This document shows, piece by piece, positions 26,529 to 35,793 of a stretch of 64,000 nt of DNA. A model generated the notes under the pieces. The model made no database searches. It was not told the DNA's origin and saw only the letters and a program-made list of their open reading frames with translations. Source of the DNA: Candidatus Falkowbacteria bacterium (GTDB lineage: Bacteria; Patescibacteriota; Patescibacteriia; XYB2-FULL-38-15); the NCBI GenBank assembly GCA_016214745.1, contig JACRNW010000001.1, forward strand, positions 1,038 through 65,037. Reading direction: 5' to 3'. The position numbers and the translations under genes are program-made. How positions within the stretch are numbered: the stretch's first letter is position 1; every line of letters starts with the position of its first letter.

Positions 26529-27638
26529 TTAAATACAATTATCGCATTTAACGGCTAAAAGTAAAATAATGGAATTTCTTGTTACAAGCCCCACCACTTT
26601 TTCATTTTCCACGACCGGCAAACGGCCGAATTCATTTGACGCCATCTTCAAAAAAGCGTCGTAAGCCGTATCAGCCGATCGGATTGTTAAAAGTTTATCC
26701 GCGCTGGTCATCACTTCTCCGACGGCCGTCTTCGCCCATTTCGTCCGCGGAACTTGGCGTAAATCTTCTATCGTGATAATTCCCAGAAGTTTATCATTTT
26801 CTTCAACCGGAAATCCTCCTTGTTTATAATCCAAAAACGCTTTGCCCAAATCTTTTAAAGTCATATTCCTCGGCACGCTCTTAAAATCTTTTTCCATAAT
26901 CTGATCAATCTTAAAACGCGAAAGAACTTCTTCCATTCTCTGTTGTTTCAAACTTGATCCGGCGGCCTGAAGGAGGAACCAACTGATTAAAATTATCCAA
27001 AGTCCGCCCAAAAAATCATTATCAAGAAGCATTTTTAAACCCCAAAGAGTAAAAAGAAAAGCGATAAAACGGCTCACGCCGACAGCCCGACGAGTGGCCC
27101 GCTCAATATCTTTATATTTTGCCCAAAGCGCGGAACGGAAAATTCTCCCTCCGTCCAGAGGAAAAGCCGGAACCATATTAAAAACCGCCAAAATTCCGTT
27201 GATTAAAAAAAGATAATTTGTGATGGCCGCGCCGGCGACCCCGATCTCAAAACCAGAAATAAACCAAAAAATACCGGCCAAAATTATGCTGAGGATCGGA
27301 CCGGCGATGGCCATATCAAATTCATCCGACGGTTTTTTTGGCTCGGTAACCATCTCCGCCACGCCGCCAAAAACAAATAACGTGATGCTTTTTACAATAA
27401 TATTCTTCCGTTTTCCAACCAACGAATGGGAAAGCTCATGGAGCAACACCGAAATAAAAAGCAACGCTGCGGCGATTCCTCCGGAAATCCAATAAGCCGA
27501 ACTGCTCCACCCCGGATAATTTGCCGGAAAATAAAAATCAGCCAGTGACCAAACTACGAGAAATAAAATCAAAAACCAGGAATAGTGAATTTTAATTTCT
27601 ATATTTCTGATTCTTCCGAACGAAAAAGAATTGTGCAT
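26529..27638 (-). CDS. site-2 protease family (M50) zinc metalloprotease with C-terminal CBS pair
   Basis: HELSHSLVGK (HExxH) in TM helices, LDGGR motif and C-terminal CBS-like repeats. Confidence 0.8.
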   Translation of the reverse strand: MHNSFSFGRIRNIEIKIHYSWFLILFLVVWSLADFYFPANYPGWSSSAYWISGGIAAALLFISVLLHELSHSLVGKRKNIIVKSITLFVFGGVAEMVTEPKKPSDEFDMAIAGPILSIILAGIFWFISGFEIGVAGAAITNYLFLINGILAVFNMVPAFPLDGGRIFRSALWAKYKDIERATRRAVGVSRFIAFLFTLWGLKMLLDNDFLGGLWIILISWFLLQAAGSSLKQQRMEEVLSRFKIDQIMEKDFKSVPRNMTLKDLGKAFLDYKQGGFPVEENDKLLGIITIEDLRQVPRTKWAKTAVGEVMTSADKLLTIRSADTAYDAFLKMASNEFGRLPVVENEKVVGLVTRNSIILLLAVKCDNCI

Positions 27639-27656
27639 AATTACGTTAAAATTATT

Positions 27657-28799
27657 TTAAATATTTTTATAAACTTTTTCCGTTTCGAAAACTATCATCT
27701 CCCAATTAAAATTTTCTTTGATAAATTTTTTACCTCGCTCTCCCCGCCCCGCCACAATCTCGGGAACAGCCATCAGATAAACTAATTTATCATAGAGATC
27801 ATTAATATTTTTTGTTTCAAAAGAAAATCCGGAATGGTCAATTGTTTCCATATTCTCCGGAATATTACTGATTAAGACGCATGTTCCATAAGACATCGCT
27901 TCTAAAATTGTAATGGAAAGCCCTTCGGCCTCGGAAGGGTGGACATAAAGATAAGCGTTCGCAAAAAGTTGTTTCAGCGGCTCGCCCACCTGAAATCCGG
28001 TAAAAATAATGTTTGGACTTTGTTCGGCGAGTTTATTCAAATAAGCATAGTAATCATCGGTAAAACTTGGCGCGCCGACAATTACTAATTTTTTAATCTT
28101 GCCGCCCGGCCAATTTTTCGGATCTTCACCAAAAGTATTTTCCATTTTCCGATAGGCCTGGATTAAATAGTGGATTCCTTTGTGTTTTATCAACCTTGCT
28201 ACCGTCAAAATATATGAATCTTTTTTCAGACCTAATTTTTCTATTTGGTCCGTCCCGCCGACTTTTTCCACGGCAACTCCGTTTGGAATATAGACAACTT
28301 CTTTTTTAAATTTTTCTCTACAATATTTTTGGATGGATTGGGAAACGGCAATGGTCTTATGCGCGAAATGAACCGCGGTCCATTCGCCCCAGCCAAGATA
28401 AATTCTCGCGAAGCGTCCCCATTTTTTATGAAATCGATCAATGCTATGAAAAGTAACAACAACTTTTGCTCTGGGTTTAAAAATTCTCGGAATCCAGGCC
28501 AGAGTAGACGGACCAATACCGTGGTAATGGATAACATCAACTTTTTTGAAAAGAACATTAATCGTTGCTAAAAAAGTATGAGTAATCGTGTCCAGATTTT
28601 TTGTGGCAATTGAGGGCAGGGAAATCAACCGAACGCCTTTATAATTTTTTTGACCGTTTATAATAAAACGGGGCCGGACGTAAGCTGAAACTTCGTGGCC
28701 GTTCGCGGCAAGCCGAACCGACAATTCCTCTACGTGCCGTTCTACTCCCCCGTCCCGAATAAACGGAATGCCCTTTTGGCCGAGCATGGCTATTCTCAT
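27657..28799 (-). CDS. glycosyltransferase family 4
   Basis: MRIAMLGQKGIP...HYHG...PSEAEGLSITILEAMSYGTCVLISNI... carries the E-x7-E region of GT4. Confidence 0.8.
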   Translation of the reverse strand: MRIAMLGQKGIPFIRDGGVERHVEELSVRLAANGHEVSAYVRPRFIINGQKNYKGVRLISLPSIATKNLDTITHTFLATINVLFKKVDVIHYHGIGPSTLAWIPRIFKPRAKVVVTFHSIDRFHKKWGRFARIYLGWGEWTAVHFAHKTIAVSQSIQKYCREKFKKEVVYIPNGVAVEKVGGTDQIEKLGLKKDSYILTVARLIKHKGIHYLIQAYRKMENTFGEDPKNWPGGKIKKLVIVGAPSFTDDYYAYLNKLAEQSPNIIFTGFQVGEPLKQLFANAYLYVHPSEAEGLSITILEAMSYGTCVLISNIPENMETIDHSGFSFETKNINDLYDKLVYLMAVPEIVAGRGERGKKFIKENFNWEMIVFETEKVYKNI

Positions 28800-28900
28800 A
28801 AAACTCTTGCCAAAAATAAAATGCCTTGGTATTATTATATCAAATTAAGACTAAAACGGCTATCAACGACTTCCTCGTTCTTTTTTTAAAATTTCATTAT

Positions 28901-28973
28901 GACCCGGTAGCTCAGCTGGTAGAGCATCTGCCTTTTAAGCAGAGTGTCCTGGGTTCGAGCCCCAGCCGGGTCA
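28901..28973 (+). tRNA. tRNA-Lys (anticodon UUU)
   Basis: GACCCGG-TA-GCTC-AGCTGGTA-GAGC-A-TCTGC-CTTTTAA-GCAGA-GTGTC-CTGGG-TTCGAGC-CCCAG-CCGGGTC-A. Confidence 0.9.
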
Positions 28974-28988
28974 TTTTTTATTTGCTAA

Positions 28989-29120
28989 TTTTTGGCTGGG
29001 CTCGAACGGGAAGGGGTCGGGAAACGGGAGTTTCCCGATTTGCGGAAATATTAAAACCGCAGGGTTTTAAAGCGCAGTCCCGCCATGGCGGGACGAGCAG
29101 TGAGCGCCCCAGCCGGGTCA
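28989..29120 (+). ncRNA. tRNA-linked structured element (copy 2) ending in duplicate of tRNA-Lys 3' end
   Basis: TTTTTGGCTGGGCTCGAACGGGAAGGGG, hairpin CGGGAAACgggaGTTTCCCG, hairpin TGCGG...CCGCA (compensatory relative to copy 1), GCGCAGTCCCGCCATGGCGGGACGAGCAGTGAGC, then GCCCCAGCCGGGTCA plus TTTTTTATTT, which duplicates 28958..28983. Confidence 0.55.
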
Positions 29121-29141
29121 TTTTTTATTTCCCCATAATTT

Positions 29142-29169
29142 AAAAAACCTTCAAAGCAAAGGTTTTTTC
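29142..29169 (+). terminator. hairpin terminator
   Basis: AAAAAACCTTcaaagcaAAGGTTTTTT. Confidence 0.5.
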
Positions 29170-29176
29170 TTTTATC

Positions 29177-29205
29177 TTGACAAAATCGATGATTTAACCT
29201 AAGAT
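29177..29205 (+). promoter_or_regulatory. sigma70-type promoter for the GGDEF gene
   Basis: TTGACA (29177..29182), a 17-nt spacer, TAAGAT (29200..29205). The SD AAGGAGG lies 7 nt before ATG 29258. Confidence 0.5.
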
Positions 29206-29257
29206 TTGAGGTCGCATGGATAGTACTTTCCCAAGACCACAAGAAGGAGGTGGGGCT

Positions 29258-29938
29258 ATGGGTTGTGAAAATGATTTTGACCAGCTACGTGATCTTACCG
29301 CGCGGCAACTGTGGATGGCACTCGCGGCGGCCTACCAGGCGCTCGCGGCGGACGAAGCCCAGATCAGGGGGTTCGGTGCCGTAGTCGTAGAGGCCGATGC
29401 TCGAATCGAGGAACTCGAGAGCGAGGTCAAGCGTCTGCGACGGCTCTTGGGCATTGACTTCTTGACCGGAGTCCCAAATCACTACCACATCATGGGGCTT
29501 CTGGAAAGAGAAATCGATCGCTCTAGGCGTTCCGGCTCCACTTTCAGCCTACTCTTCCTGGACATCGACCGCTTCAAGAACGTGAACAGCAACTACGGAC
29601 ACGAGGTCGGCAGTGCTGTCCTCCACGAACTGGCCAAACGGCTCGAGGCAGCTCTGCGACTCTCCGACGCCTTGGGACGATACGGCGGAGAGGAATTCAT
29701 CTTCATCCTTCCCAATGCGCCGCGAAAGGGAGCGGAAATCGCCGCCGAACGACTTCGGAAACTCGTCGCCGCCGAACCCTTCAAGATCGGCGACAAGTCC
29801 GTGGCCGTGACAGTGAGTATCGGCGTTGCCGAGTTCCGACGGACGGATACGGCGTCAAGCCTGATCGAAGCGGCGGATATGGCCATGCTCCAAGCCAAGG
29901 ACTTGGGCCGTAACCGCGTCGTCTCGGCTGAGCGATAG
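29258..29938 (+). CDS. GGDEF-domain diguanylate cyclase with N-terminal coiled coil, GC-rich (~62% GC)
   Basis: RYGGEEF is the GG[DE]EF active site, with upstream DxLTG-like DFLTGVPNH and ...FLDIDRFKNVN. The likely start is ATG 29258 after a strong SD; the ORF track starts at 29216. Confidence 0.85.
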   Translation: MGCENDFDQLRDLTARQLWMALAAAYQALAADEAQIRGFGAVVVEADARIEELESEVKRLRRLLGIDFLTGVPNHYHIMGLLEREIDRSRRSGSTFSLLFLDIDRFKNVNSNYGHEVGSAVLHELAKRLEAALRLSDALGRYGGEEFIFILPNAPRKGAEIAAERLRKLVAAEPFKIGDKSVAVTVSIGVAEFRRTDTASSLIEAADMAMLQAKDLGRNRVVSAER

Positions 29939-29945
29939 AGAAGGA

Positions 29946-30000
29946 TCTCAAGGACAGAAAATCCCGCAACAAGGAGGTGCGGGACCGATTCTGTCCTTTT
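29946..30000. terminator. bidirectional hairpin terminator between convergent GGDEF and murG
   Basis: GGACAGAAAATCCCGCA...TGCGGGACCGATTCTGTCC followed by TTTTCTTTTTTT. Confidence 0.5.
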
Positions 30001-30014
30001 CTTTTTTTAATTTT

Positions 30015-31097
30015 CTATCTTTTTATCACTTTTAAAATCTCTTCTGTTATCTTTTCCGCCGCGCCGGAGGGCATAACTTCTTTAATATTTCTGCTCAAAC
30101 TTTCCAATTCTACTTCATTATTTAATAACTCTCCGACCGCTCCGACAAAATTTTCCGGCGTCAAATTATTTTCATCCCAAAAAACGACGGCGTTTTGTTT
30201 TTTAAAATAATAAACGTTTTCTTCTTGGTGACTCCCGGAAATCGGGATCACGGCCGTCGGTTTTCCGAGCATGGCAAGTTCAGTCAAGGTCGCCATGCCG
30301 GCGCGGGAAATCACAAGATCAGCCGCGGCAAAAACATCCGGCAAATCTTTCGTTAAAAAATCAACCGTGTGATAGCGCGCGGTTTCTCTTTTTATATTTT
30401 CAATTTTCATCCGCAACGACTCATCAATTCTTCCTCCGGTCATATGAATAACCTGACAAAATTTTACGAGTTCAAGCGCCGATGCGACAACAATCTTATT
30501 CAACTCCAGCGCTCCCGTCCCGCCGCCCAAAATGAAAAGTATCGGCAGATCTTTTTCCAGATTAAAAATTTCCGCGATTCTCTCTTTGCTTCCGGAAAAT
30601 ATTTCTTGCCGCACGGGATTTCCCGTCACGACGGCGCGAGAAAAATATTTTAGAGAATCGGAAAATGTCACTGTGATAATTTTTGCAAAACGCGCGGTTA
30701 ATTTATTCGCCAATCCCGGCCGGATATCTTGCTGATGAATTAAACTCGGCACGCGCAAAAACCATCCCGCCCAGACGACCGGCACGGCGACAAATCCGCC
30801 GGCCGACAAAATCATCTGCGGTTTAAATTTAAAAATCAGCCAAAGAGATTTAAAAAATCCCGCGAGAAGTAAAAAGGGCATCAAAAAATTCCATCCGGAA
30901 AAATACCGGCGCAATTTTCCCGCTGGCACAGCCGCGAATTTAATATTGCGCGATTCAATTATTTTTTTCTCCGGCCCGTTTTTTGTTCCGAACCAAAAAA
31001 ATTCCGCGTCGGGTACGCGCTTTTTTAATTCTTCCGCCACGGCCAGTAGCGGCGTCACCGATCCCATTGTTCCCCCGCCGGTCAAGATTATTTTCAT
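30015..31097 (-). CDS. murG: undecaprenyldiphospho-muramoylpentapeptide beta-N-acetylglucosaminyltransferase
   Basis: MKIILTGGGTMGSVTPLLAVAEEL...GGGTGALELN...ISRAGMATLTELA. Confidence 0.85.
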   Translation of the reverse strand: MKIILTGGGTMGSVTPLLAVAEELKKRVPDAEFFWFGTKNGPEKKIIESRNIKFAAVPAGKLRRYFSGWNFLMPFLLLAGFFKSLWLIFKFKPQMILSAGGFVAVPVVWAGWFLRVPSLIHQQDIRPGLANKLTARFAKIITVTFSDSLKYFSRAVVTGNPVRQEIFSGSKERIAEIFNLEKDLPILFILGGGTGALELNKIVVASALELVKFCQVIHMTGGRIDESLRMKIENIKRETARYHTVDFLTKDLPDVFAAADLVISRAGMATLTELAMLGKPTAVIPISGSHQEENVYYFKKQNAVVFWDENNLTPENFVGAVGELLNNEVELESLSRNIKEVMPSGAAEKITEEILKVIKR

Positions 31098-31122
31098 ATC
31101 AATAAATAAACTATAAGTAAAA

Positions 31123-31714
31123 GGAGTTCACCCTTTAGGGTGTAAGTTCTAATCGCCCTCAACTGTAAAATCCACAATCGGATGTAACTCAAAAACCGAT
31201 TCTATCCACCCCAATCCTCTTTTTCCAATCCACTGCCCAGCGCTTGAAAATGGGTATTGAAAAGCCTCTGTTTGAGTTTTGCACAAACCGTGCTTTACTG
31301 GTTGATGATGAATATAATTAAAGTGCTTCCAAAAATCAACTTCATCGCGAATGCAATGATCCCAATAATTAAACCAAATTTTTCGTTTTTGTACGCGATC
31401 AATTTTATTTAATTGGAAAGCGCTTTTACCATTAATTGTTTGAATAAAGTCGGGTAAATCTTTTCCTCTGGCCATTTTAAAAAGCAGATGATAATGATTG
31501 GAAAGAATGCTCCAAGTATAAAAATTACTCTGAAATTTTCTCCCCGCCTCCCCAATTGTTTTATACAAAATTAATTTTTTATTTTGGCTGGAAAAAAATA
31601 GTTCCTGATTTACCGTTCTCGCCGTAATAAAATAAATTTGCTGGTCAACATACAAATGGGGCGGATAATGTGGTTTGAACATTAAAATATTCTACAGGCT
31701 AAAGCCTGAACTCC
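31123..31714 (-). mobile_element. REP-associated tyrosine transposase (RAYT/IS200-like Y1 transposase) unit flanked by inverted REP-like hairpins
   Basis: The Y1/HuH transposase gene (31149..31682) sits between GGAGTTCACCCTTTAGGGTGTAAGTTC (31123..31149) and its imperfect reverse complement TTCTACAGGCTAAAGCCTGAACTCC (31690..31714). The stems show compensatory changes (CACCC/GGGTG versus CAGGC/GCCTG). Confidence 0.65.
31149..31682 (-). CDS. Y1 (HuH) tyrosine transposase, IS200/RAYT family
   Basis: 177 aa. HYHLLF is the HuH motif, with a conserved Tyr in ...FNYIHHQPVKHGL. The size and motifs fit PF01797. Confidence 0.7.
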   Translation of the reverse strand: MFKPHYPPHLYVDQQIYFITARTVNQELFFSSQNKKLILYKTIGEAGRKFQSNFYTWSILSNHYHLLFKMARGKDLPDFIQTINGKSAFQLNKIDRVQKRKIWFNYWDHCIRDEVDFWKHFNYIHHQPVKHGLCKTQTEAFQYPFSSAGQWIGKRGLGWIESVFELHPIVDFTVEGD

Positions 31715-31729
31715 AAAAAAAATATAAAG

Positions 31730-32833
31730 CTACTCCTTGGAATATTTTGAAATATTTGCCATGATTCCCGCGGCGGCAAGACAAACGGTCAGTGCCGTTC
31801 CGCCGTAACTTACAAAAGGCAAAGGAATTCCGGTCAACGGCAAAATACCCGCCATGGCTCCAATATTTATAAATGATTGCAAAACAAACCAACTCGTAAT
31901 CCCAATCGCGAGCAGCCGACCAAAACCGTCCGGAGCATTTTTGGCGATTTTAAATCCGCGGATAGCCAGAAAAACTAATGCCGCGACAAACAAAATCATA
32001 AAAAGAAAACCCAATTCCTCGGCCATGACGGCAAAAATTGAATCGCCGGCGACTTCGGGCAGATATTGAAATTTTTGCCGTGAAAGACCCAGACCCAATC
32101 CAAAAAATCCACCCGAGCCGATAGCGAGCAGTGCCTGATTGATATGATAACCAACTCCTTGCGGATCAAGTTCCGGATGCAAAAAGGTCATCAATCGCGC
32201 TGTCCGGTAAGGAGCAAATCTAACCAAAAGAAAAAATAACAGTGCTCCCGCTCCGGAAATCCAGGCAAGATGCGAGAGCGGCGCGCCGGCCGCAAAATAA
32301 ACAATCAAAGAAATCATCGCGATTACGGAAAGAGTGCCGATGTCCGGCTGCAAAACCATCAAAACGACAATAATCCCGAAAACCGCCGCAAAAGGAATAA
32401 AACTCGTCCCGGCCTCCTGCATATCTCGCCCGCCGCGTTTTGGCCCAAGCCACGCGGCAAGATAAATTAAAAAAGTCAGTTTAACGATTTCCGCCGGTTG
32501 AAGCGACATGCCAAAAATATTTATCCAACTTTTAGAAGTTCCGTAATCGGCGGCCAAGCCGGGAATAAAAACTAAAAGTAAAAGCCCGATTGAAACAACT
32601 AAAAAAGGCAAGGCGTATCTTTTCCATTTTCGGTAATCAAGCCGTAGCATCAAAAGAAAGGCGATAACTCCGGGCGCCAGGCCAAACATAAGCTGGTGTT
32701 TCAAATACCAATAATTATCGCCAAATCTTTCGTAAGCCGCCGCCGAGCTCGCCGAAGAGAGCATTACTAAACCAAAAACGGCAAGTGCCGCCACAAGACC
32801 AATGAAAACGTAATCCGGTTTTTTCATGGACAC
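31730..32833 (-). CDS. ftsW: SEDS-family peptidoglycan polymerase FtsW/RodA
   Basis: 367 aa, 10 TM helices, dcw-cluster context next to mraY. Confidence 0.8.
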   Translation of the reverse strand: MSMKKPDYVFIGLVAALAVFGLVMLSSASSAAAYERFGDNYWYLKHQLMFGLAPGVIAFLLMLRLDYRKWKRYALPFLVVSIGLLLLVFIPGLAADYGTSKSWINIFGMSLQPAEIVKLTFLIYLAAWLGPKRGGRDMQEAGTSFIPFAAVFGIIVVLMVLQPDIGTLSVIAMISLIVYFAAGAPLSHLAWISGAGALLFFLLVRFAPYRTARLMTFLHPELDPQGVGYHINQALLAIGSGGFFGLGLGLSRQKFQYLPEVAGDSIFAVMAEELGFLFMILFVAALVFLAIRGFKIAKNAPDGFGRLLAIGITSWFVLQSFINIGAMAGILPLTGIPLPFVSYGGTALTVCLAAAGIMANISKYSKE

Positions 32834-32842
32834 TTTTTAAAT

Positions 32843-33898
32843 TTAAAATCCTTTATCTATAAGCGAGATTACAAAACCCACTACCGCCGCCACTCCGGCG
32901 ATTACCCAAAAACGCATCACGATCTTTGGTTCAGGCCAACCCTTTGCTTCAAGATGATGATGAATCGGCGTTGAAAGAAAAACTTTTTTCCCGCGAATTT
33001 TTTTGGAGATAATTTGGATAATCACGGAAATTGATTCCACCGCGAACAAAAATCCGATGATTGGCAAAAGCAAAACGGAATTGGTAAGCATGGCCACAAT
33101 GCCGAGCGTTACGCCAAGCGACATTGCTCCCGTGTCGCCCATAAAAAATCTTGCCGGATTAATGTTAAACCAAAGAAAAGCTAAAAGAGCCCCGTCAATC
33201 GCGCCGCAAAAAGCGGCCAAATCAAATTTGCCTTGCGAAAAAGCAATCGCGCCATATGCGGCAAAAGCGGCCAAGAGCAATCCGCCGGCCAAACCATCCA
33301 GCCCGTCGCTTTCATTCACGGAAAAAGACGTCGCCACAATTATAAAAATAAAGAGCGGGAAGTACCACCAGCCGATGGAAAAATTTCCGAGAAACGGCAC
33401 ATGGATGAAGTTCCAATCAAGTTTAAAATAAAACCACCAGGCGCCGACAATAGCTATAAACGTATAAATCAAAAGTCTGTGGCGCATTCTAAATCCCCCG
33501 CCGTTCGGCCCGATTTTCCGCGCGTTCAGATAATCGTCAACCAAACCGACAATTGCCGAAGCAACTAAGGCGCCAAGCGGCAGAAGCGTCTGCGAACGCG
33601 TTAAAAAATTTAGATTTTTTAAAATTTCCCAATTGGTCCACTGGCCTAAATAAAAAAATAATAAAGCCAAAAATAAAACTGTAACCCAAATTAAAACTCC
33701 GCCCATAGTCGGCGTGCCGGATTTTGCCTTGTGGAGCGCCGACATTATCGGCGCAGATTTTTCATCCCTGATTTGTTTGCCCAACTTATACTTAAACAAA
33801 AAGTGTGTCAGGGCCGGAGTCCAGGCCATGGCAATAATAAATGAAAGGGTTGTCAGAATAAAAATTTTAATGATTGCAAAACTATCCATGAGATTCAT
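32843..33898 (-). CDS. mraY: phospho-N-acetylmuramoyl-pentapeptide transferase
   Basis: Has the typical MraY motifs ...VDDYLNARK...NESDGLDGLAGG... Confidence 0.9.
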   Translation of the reverse strand: MNLMDSFAIIKIFILTTLSFIIAMAWTPALTHFLFKYKLGKQIRDEKSAPIMSALHKAKSGTPTMGGVLIWVTVLFLALLFFYLGQWTNWEILKNLNFLTRSQTLLPLGALVASAIVGLVDDYLNARKIGPNGGGFRMRHRLLIYTFIAIVGAWWFYFKLDWNFIHVPFLGNFSIGWWYFPLFIFIIVATSFSVNESDGLDGLAGGLLLAAFAAYGAIAFSQGKFDLAAFCGAIDGALLAFLWFNINPARFFMGDTGAMSLGVTLGIVAMLTNSVLLLPIIGFLFAVESISVIIQIISKKIRGKKVFLSTPIHHHLEAKGWPEPKIVMRFWVIAGVAAVVGFVISLIDKGF

Positions 33899-34287
33899 TG
33901 GTTAATCATAATAACCGCGTAAGCGGCAAGAGATAATAAAACCTGAATAAAGGCGGAGACGCCGGCCAAAAAATAACTTGTCACTTTGTCGCGCAGATAA
34001 ATTATGTCCGCCAAAATAAGATTGATGATAATAAAAAAAATTCCCACTAAAGGCATAATAAATATTTCATACCATCTGCCGATAAAATCAACTCCAAAAT
34101 AAATATTGTAATGCAGGGGCAAAACTTCTCCAATCGACCGGAACTCAGAAAATTTAAGATAAAGAATAGCCCAAAGAAATAAATTTAACGCCAAAGAAGT
34201 AATTAACAAAATTCTGAAAAAACCGTCCTTAAAAACTAAGACGGTGAAAATTTTAAAAAATTTTTTAATGGCGGAGAAAAAAAACAT
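33895..34287 (-). CDS. small integral membrane protein, hypothetical
   Basis: 130 aa, 4 TM helices, 4-nt overlap with the mraY start. Confidence 0.45.
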   Translation of the reverse strand: MFFFSAIKKFFKIFTVLVFKDGFFRILLITSLALNLFLWAILYLKFSEFRSIGEVLPLHYNIYFGVDFIGRWYEIFIMPLVGIFFIIINLILADIIYLRDKVTSYFLAGVSAFIQVLLSLAAYAVIMINQ

Positions 34288-34289
34288 AA

Positions 34290-35489
34290 TTACTTTTTGA
34301 TGGGCGACATCTTTCTGAGCCGCGCCACAATTCCGGGTAAAACTTTTAAAAGACGCTCCACGTCTTCTCGGGAATTATCTTTACCAAAAGTGACGCGCAC
34401 GCTGCCATGAGTCACTTCTGGGGAAACGCCCATGGCCGTTAAAACATGGGACGGCTCCAGCGATCCGGAAGAACAAGCCGAGCCGGTGGAAACCGCGATG
34501 CCTTCCATATCAAGCATTAATAAAATACTTTCACCTTCAACATTTTTAAAACAAAAATTAGCGTTTCCGGGTACGCGCTGTTTTAAATCGCCATTTAAAA
34601 TAGCGCTTGGAATTTTTTTAAGAATTTCCCCGACCAACTTGTCGCGTAATTTTTTAATATTCGCGTTTATTTTTTTTATTTCATTTTTATCAGTCAACAT
34701 TTCCACCGCCCTGCCCATTCCAACTATACCGGCAACGTTTTCCGTTCCCGAACGGATTCCCCGCTCTTGATGTCCGCCAAAAATAATTGGTAAAAGCGGC
34801 GTACCAGATTTTATAAAAAGAACTCCTGTTCCTTTTGGTCCGTAAATTTTATGAGCCGAAAGAGAAAGCATATCAACTCCGAGCCAATCTACCCGGCAGT
34901 CGCAAAAATTCGCCGCCTGAACCGCGTCGGTATGGAAATAAATTTTGTCTTCCTTACCGCGACCGGCATTTACTTCTTTGATAATCTGGCTAATCTCTTG
35001 TATCGGCTGAATAGTACCGACCTCATTGTTAACATACATTATGGAAATCAAAATTGTTTCCGGCCGAATTGCTTTTTTCACGTCCTCTAATCTGACAAGT
35101 CCGGCACGGCTTACCGGCAAATAAGTAACTTCAACTTCTTCTTTTTTTAATTCCCGGCAAACTTCAAGAACTGCCGGGTGTTCAATCGCCGAAGTAATAA
35201 CGTGAACTTTTCTTTTTAGATCAAGCGCTCTCGCCCGGCGAACTAAACCAAAAAGAGCCAAGTTGTTGCTTTCTGTCGCGCCGGAAGTAAAAATGACTTC
35301 TTTTGATTCGCATTCTAAAAATTTTGCCACTTGCTCCCGCGCTTTTTCAACCCCAGCCCGCGCTTTCTGTCCAAAACTGTGGAGCGATGAGGCATTACCA
35401 AAATCAGCCGTAAAGTACGGCTTCATCGCCCGCAAAACTTTGGGATCAACCGGGGTAGTAGCTGAATGATCTAAATAAATGCGCTTCAT
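34290..35489 (-). CDS. iscS: cysteine desulfurase (IscS/NifS, class V aminotransferase)
   Basis: YLDHSATTP...SLSAHKIYGPKGTGVL...SSGSACSS. Confidence 0.9.
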   Translation of the reverse strand: MKRIYLDHSATTPVDPKVLRAMKPYFTADFGNASSLHSFGQKARAGVEKAREQVAKFLECESKEVIFTSGATESNNLALFGLVRRARALDLKRKVHVITSAIEHPAVLEVCRELKKEEVEVTYLPVSRAGLVRLEDVKKAIRPETILISIMYVNNEVGTIQPIQEISQIIKEVNAGRGKEDKIYFHTDAVQAANFCDCRVDWLGVDMLSLSAHKIYGPKGTGVLFIKSGTPLLPIIFGGHQERGIRSGTENVAGIVGMGRAVEMLTDKNEIKKINANIKKLRDKLVGEILKKIPSAILNGDLKQRVPGNANFCFKNVEGESILLMLDMEGIAVSTGSACSSGSLEPSHVLTAMGVSPEVTHGSVRVTFGKDNSREDVERLLKVLPGIVARLRKMSPIKK

Positions 35490-35557
35490 GATTATTTTGT
35501 ATTTTATATCTAGTATTTAAATTTCAAAATACTTTATACTTGATACTTTATACTTTT

Positions 35558-35782
35558 TTACACCGCCTGCACTTCTTTCACGCCTTTAACTTTTGCTTTC
35601 AGAGCTCTCTCAATTCCCTGCTCCAGGGTCATCGCGGCCATGGGGCAATGATGGCAGGCGCCGACGAGTTTAACTTTTACCACGCCGGTTTTTTCATCAA
35701 CATCAACCAATTCCACATCGCCGCCGTCAGCCTGAAGCGCTGGACGTAATTCGTCTAAGATTTTTTTAACACTATCTTCCAT
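35558..35782 (-). CDS. NifU-like (Nfu) Fe-S cluster carrier domain protein
   Basis: VKVKLVGACHHCPMAAMTLEQGIE has the CxxC motif of the Nfu domain. Confidence 0.8.
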   Translation of the reverse strand: MEDSVKKILDELRPALQADGGDVELVDVDEKTGVVKVKLVGACHHCPMAAMTLEQGIERALKAKVKGVKEVQAV

Positions 35783-35793
35783 AAAATTATAAT

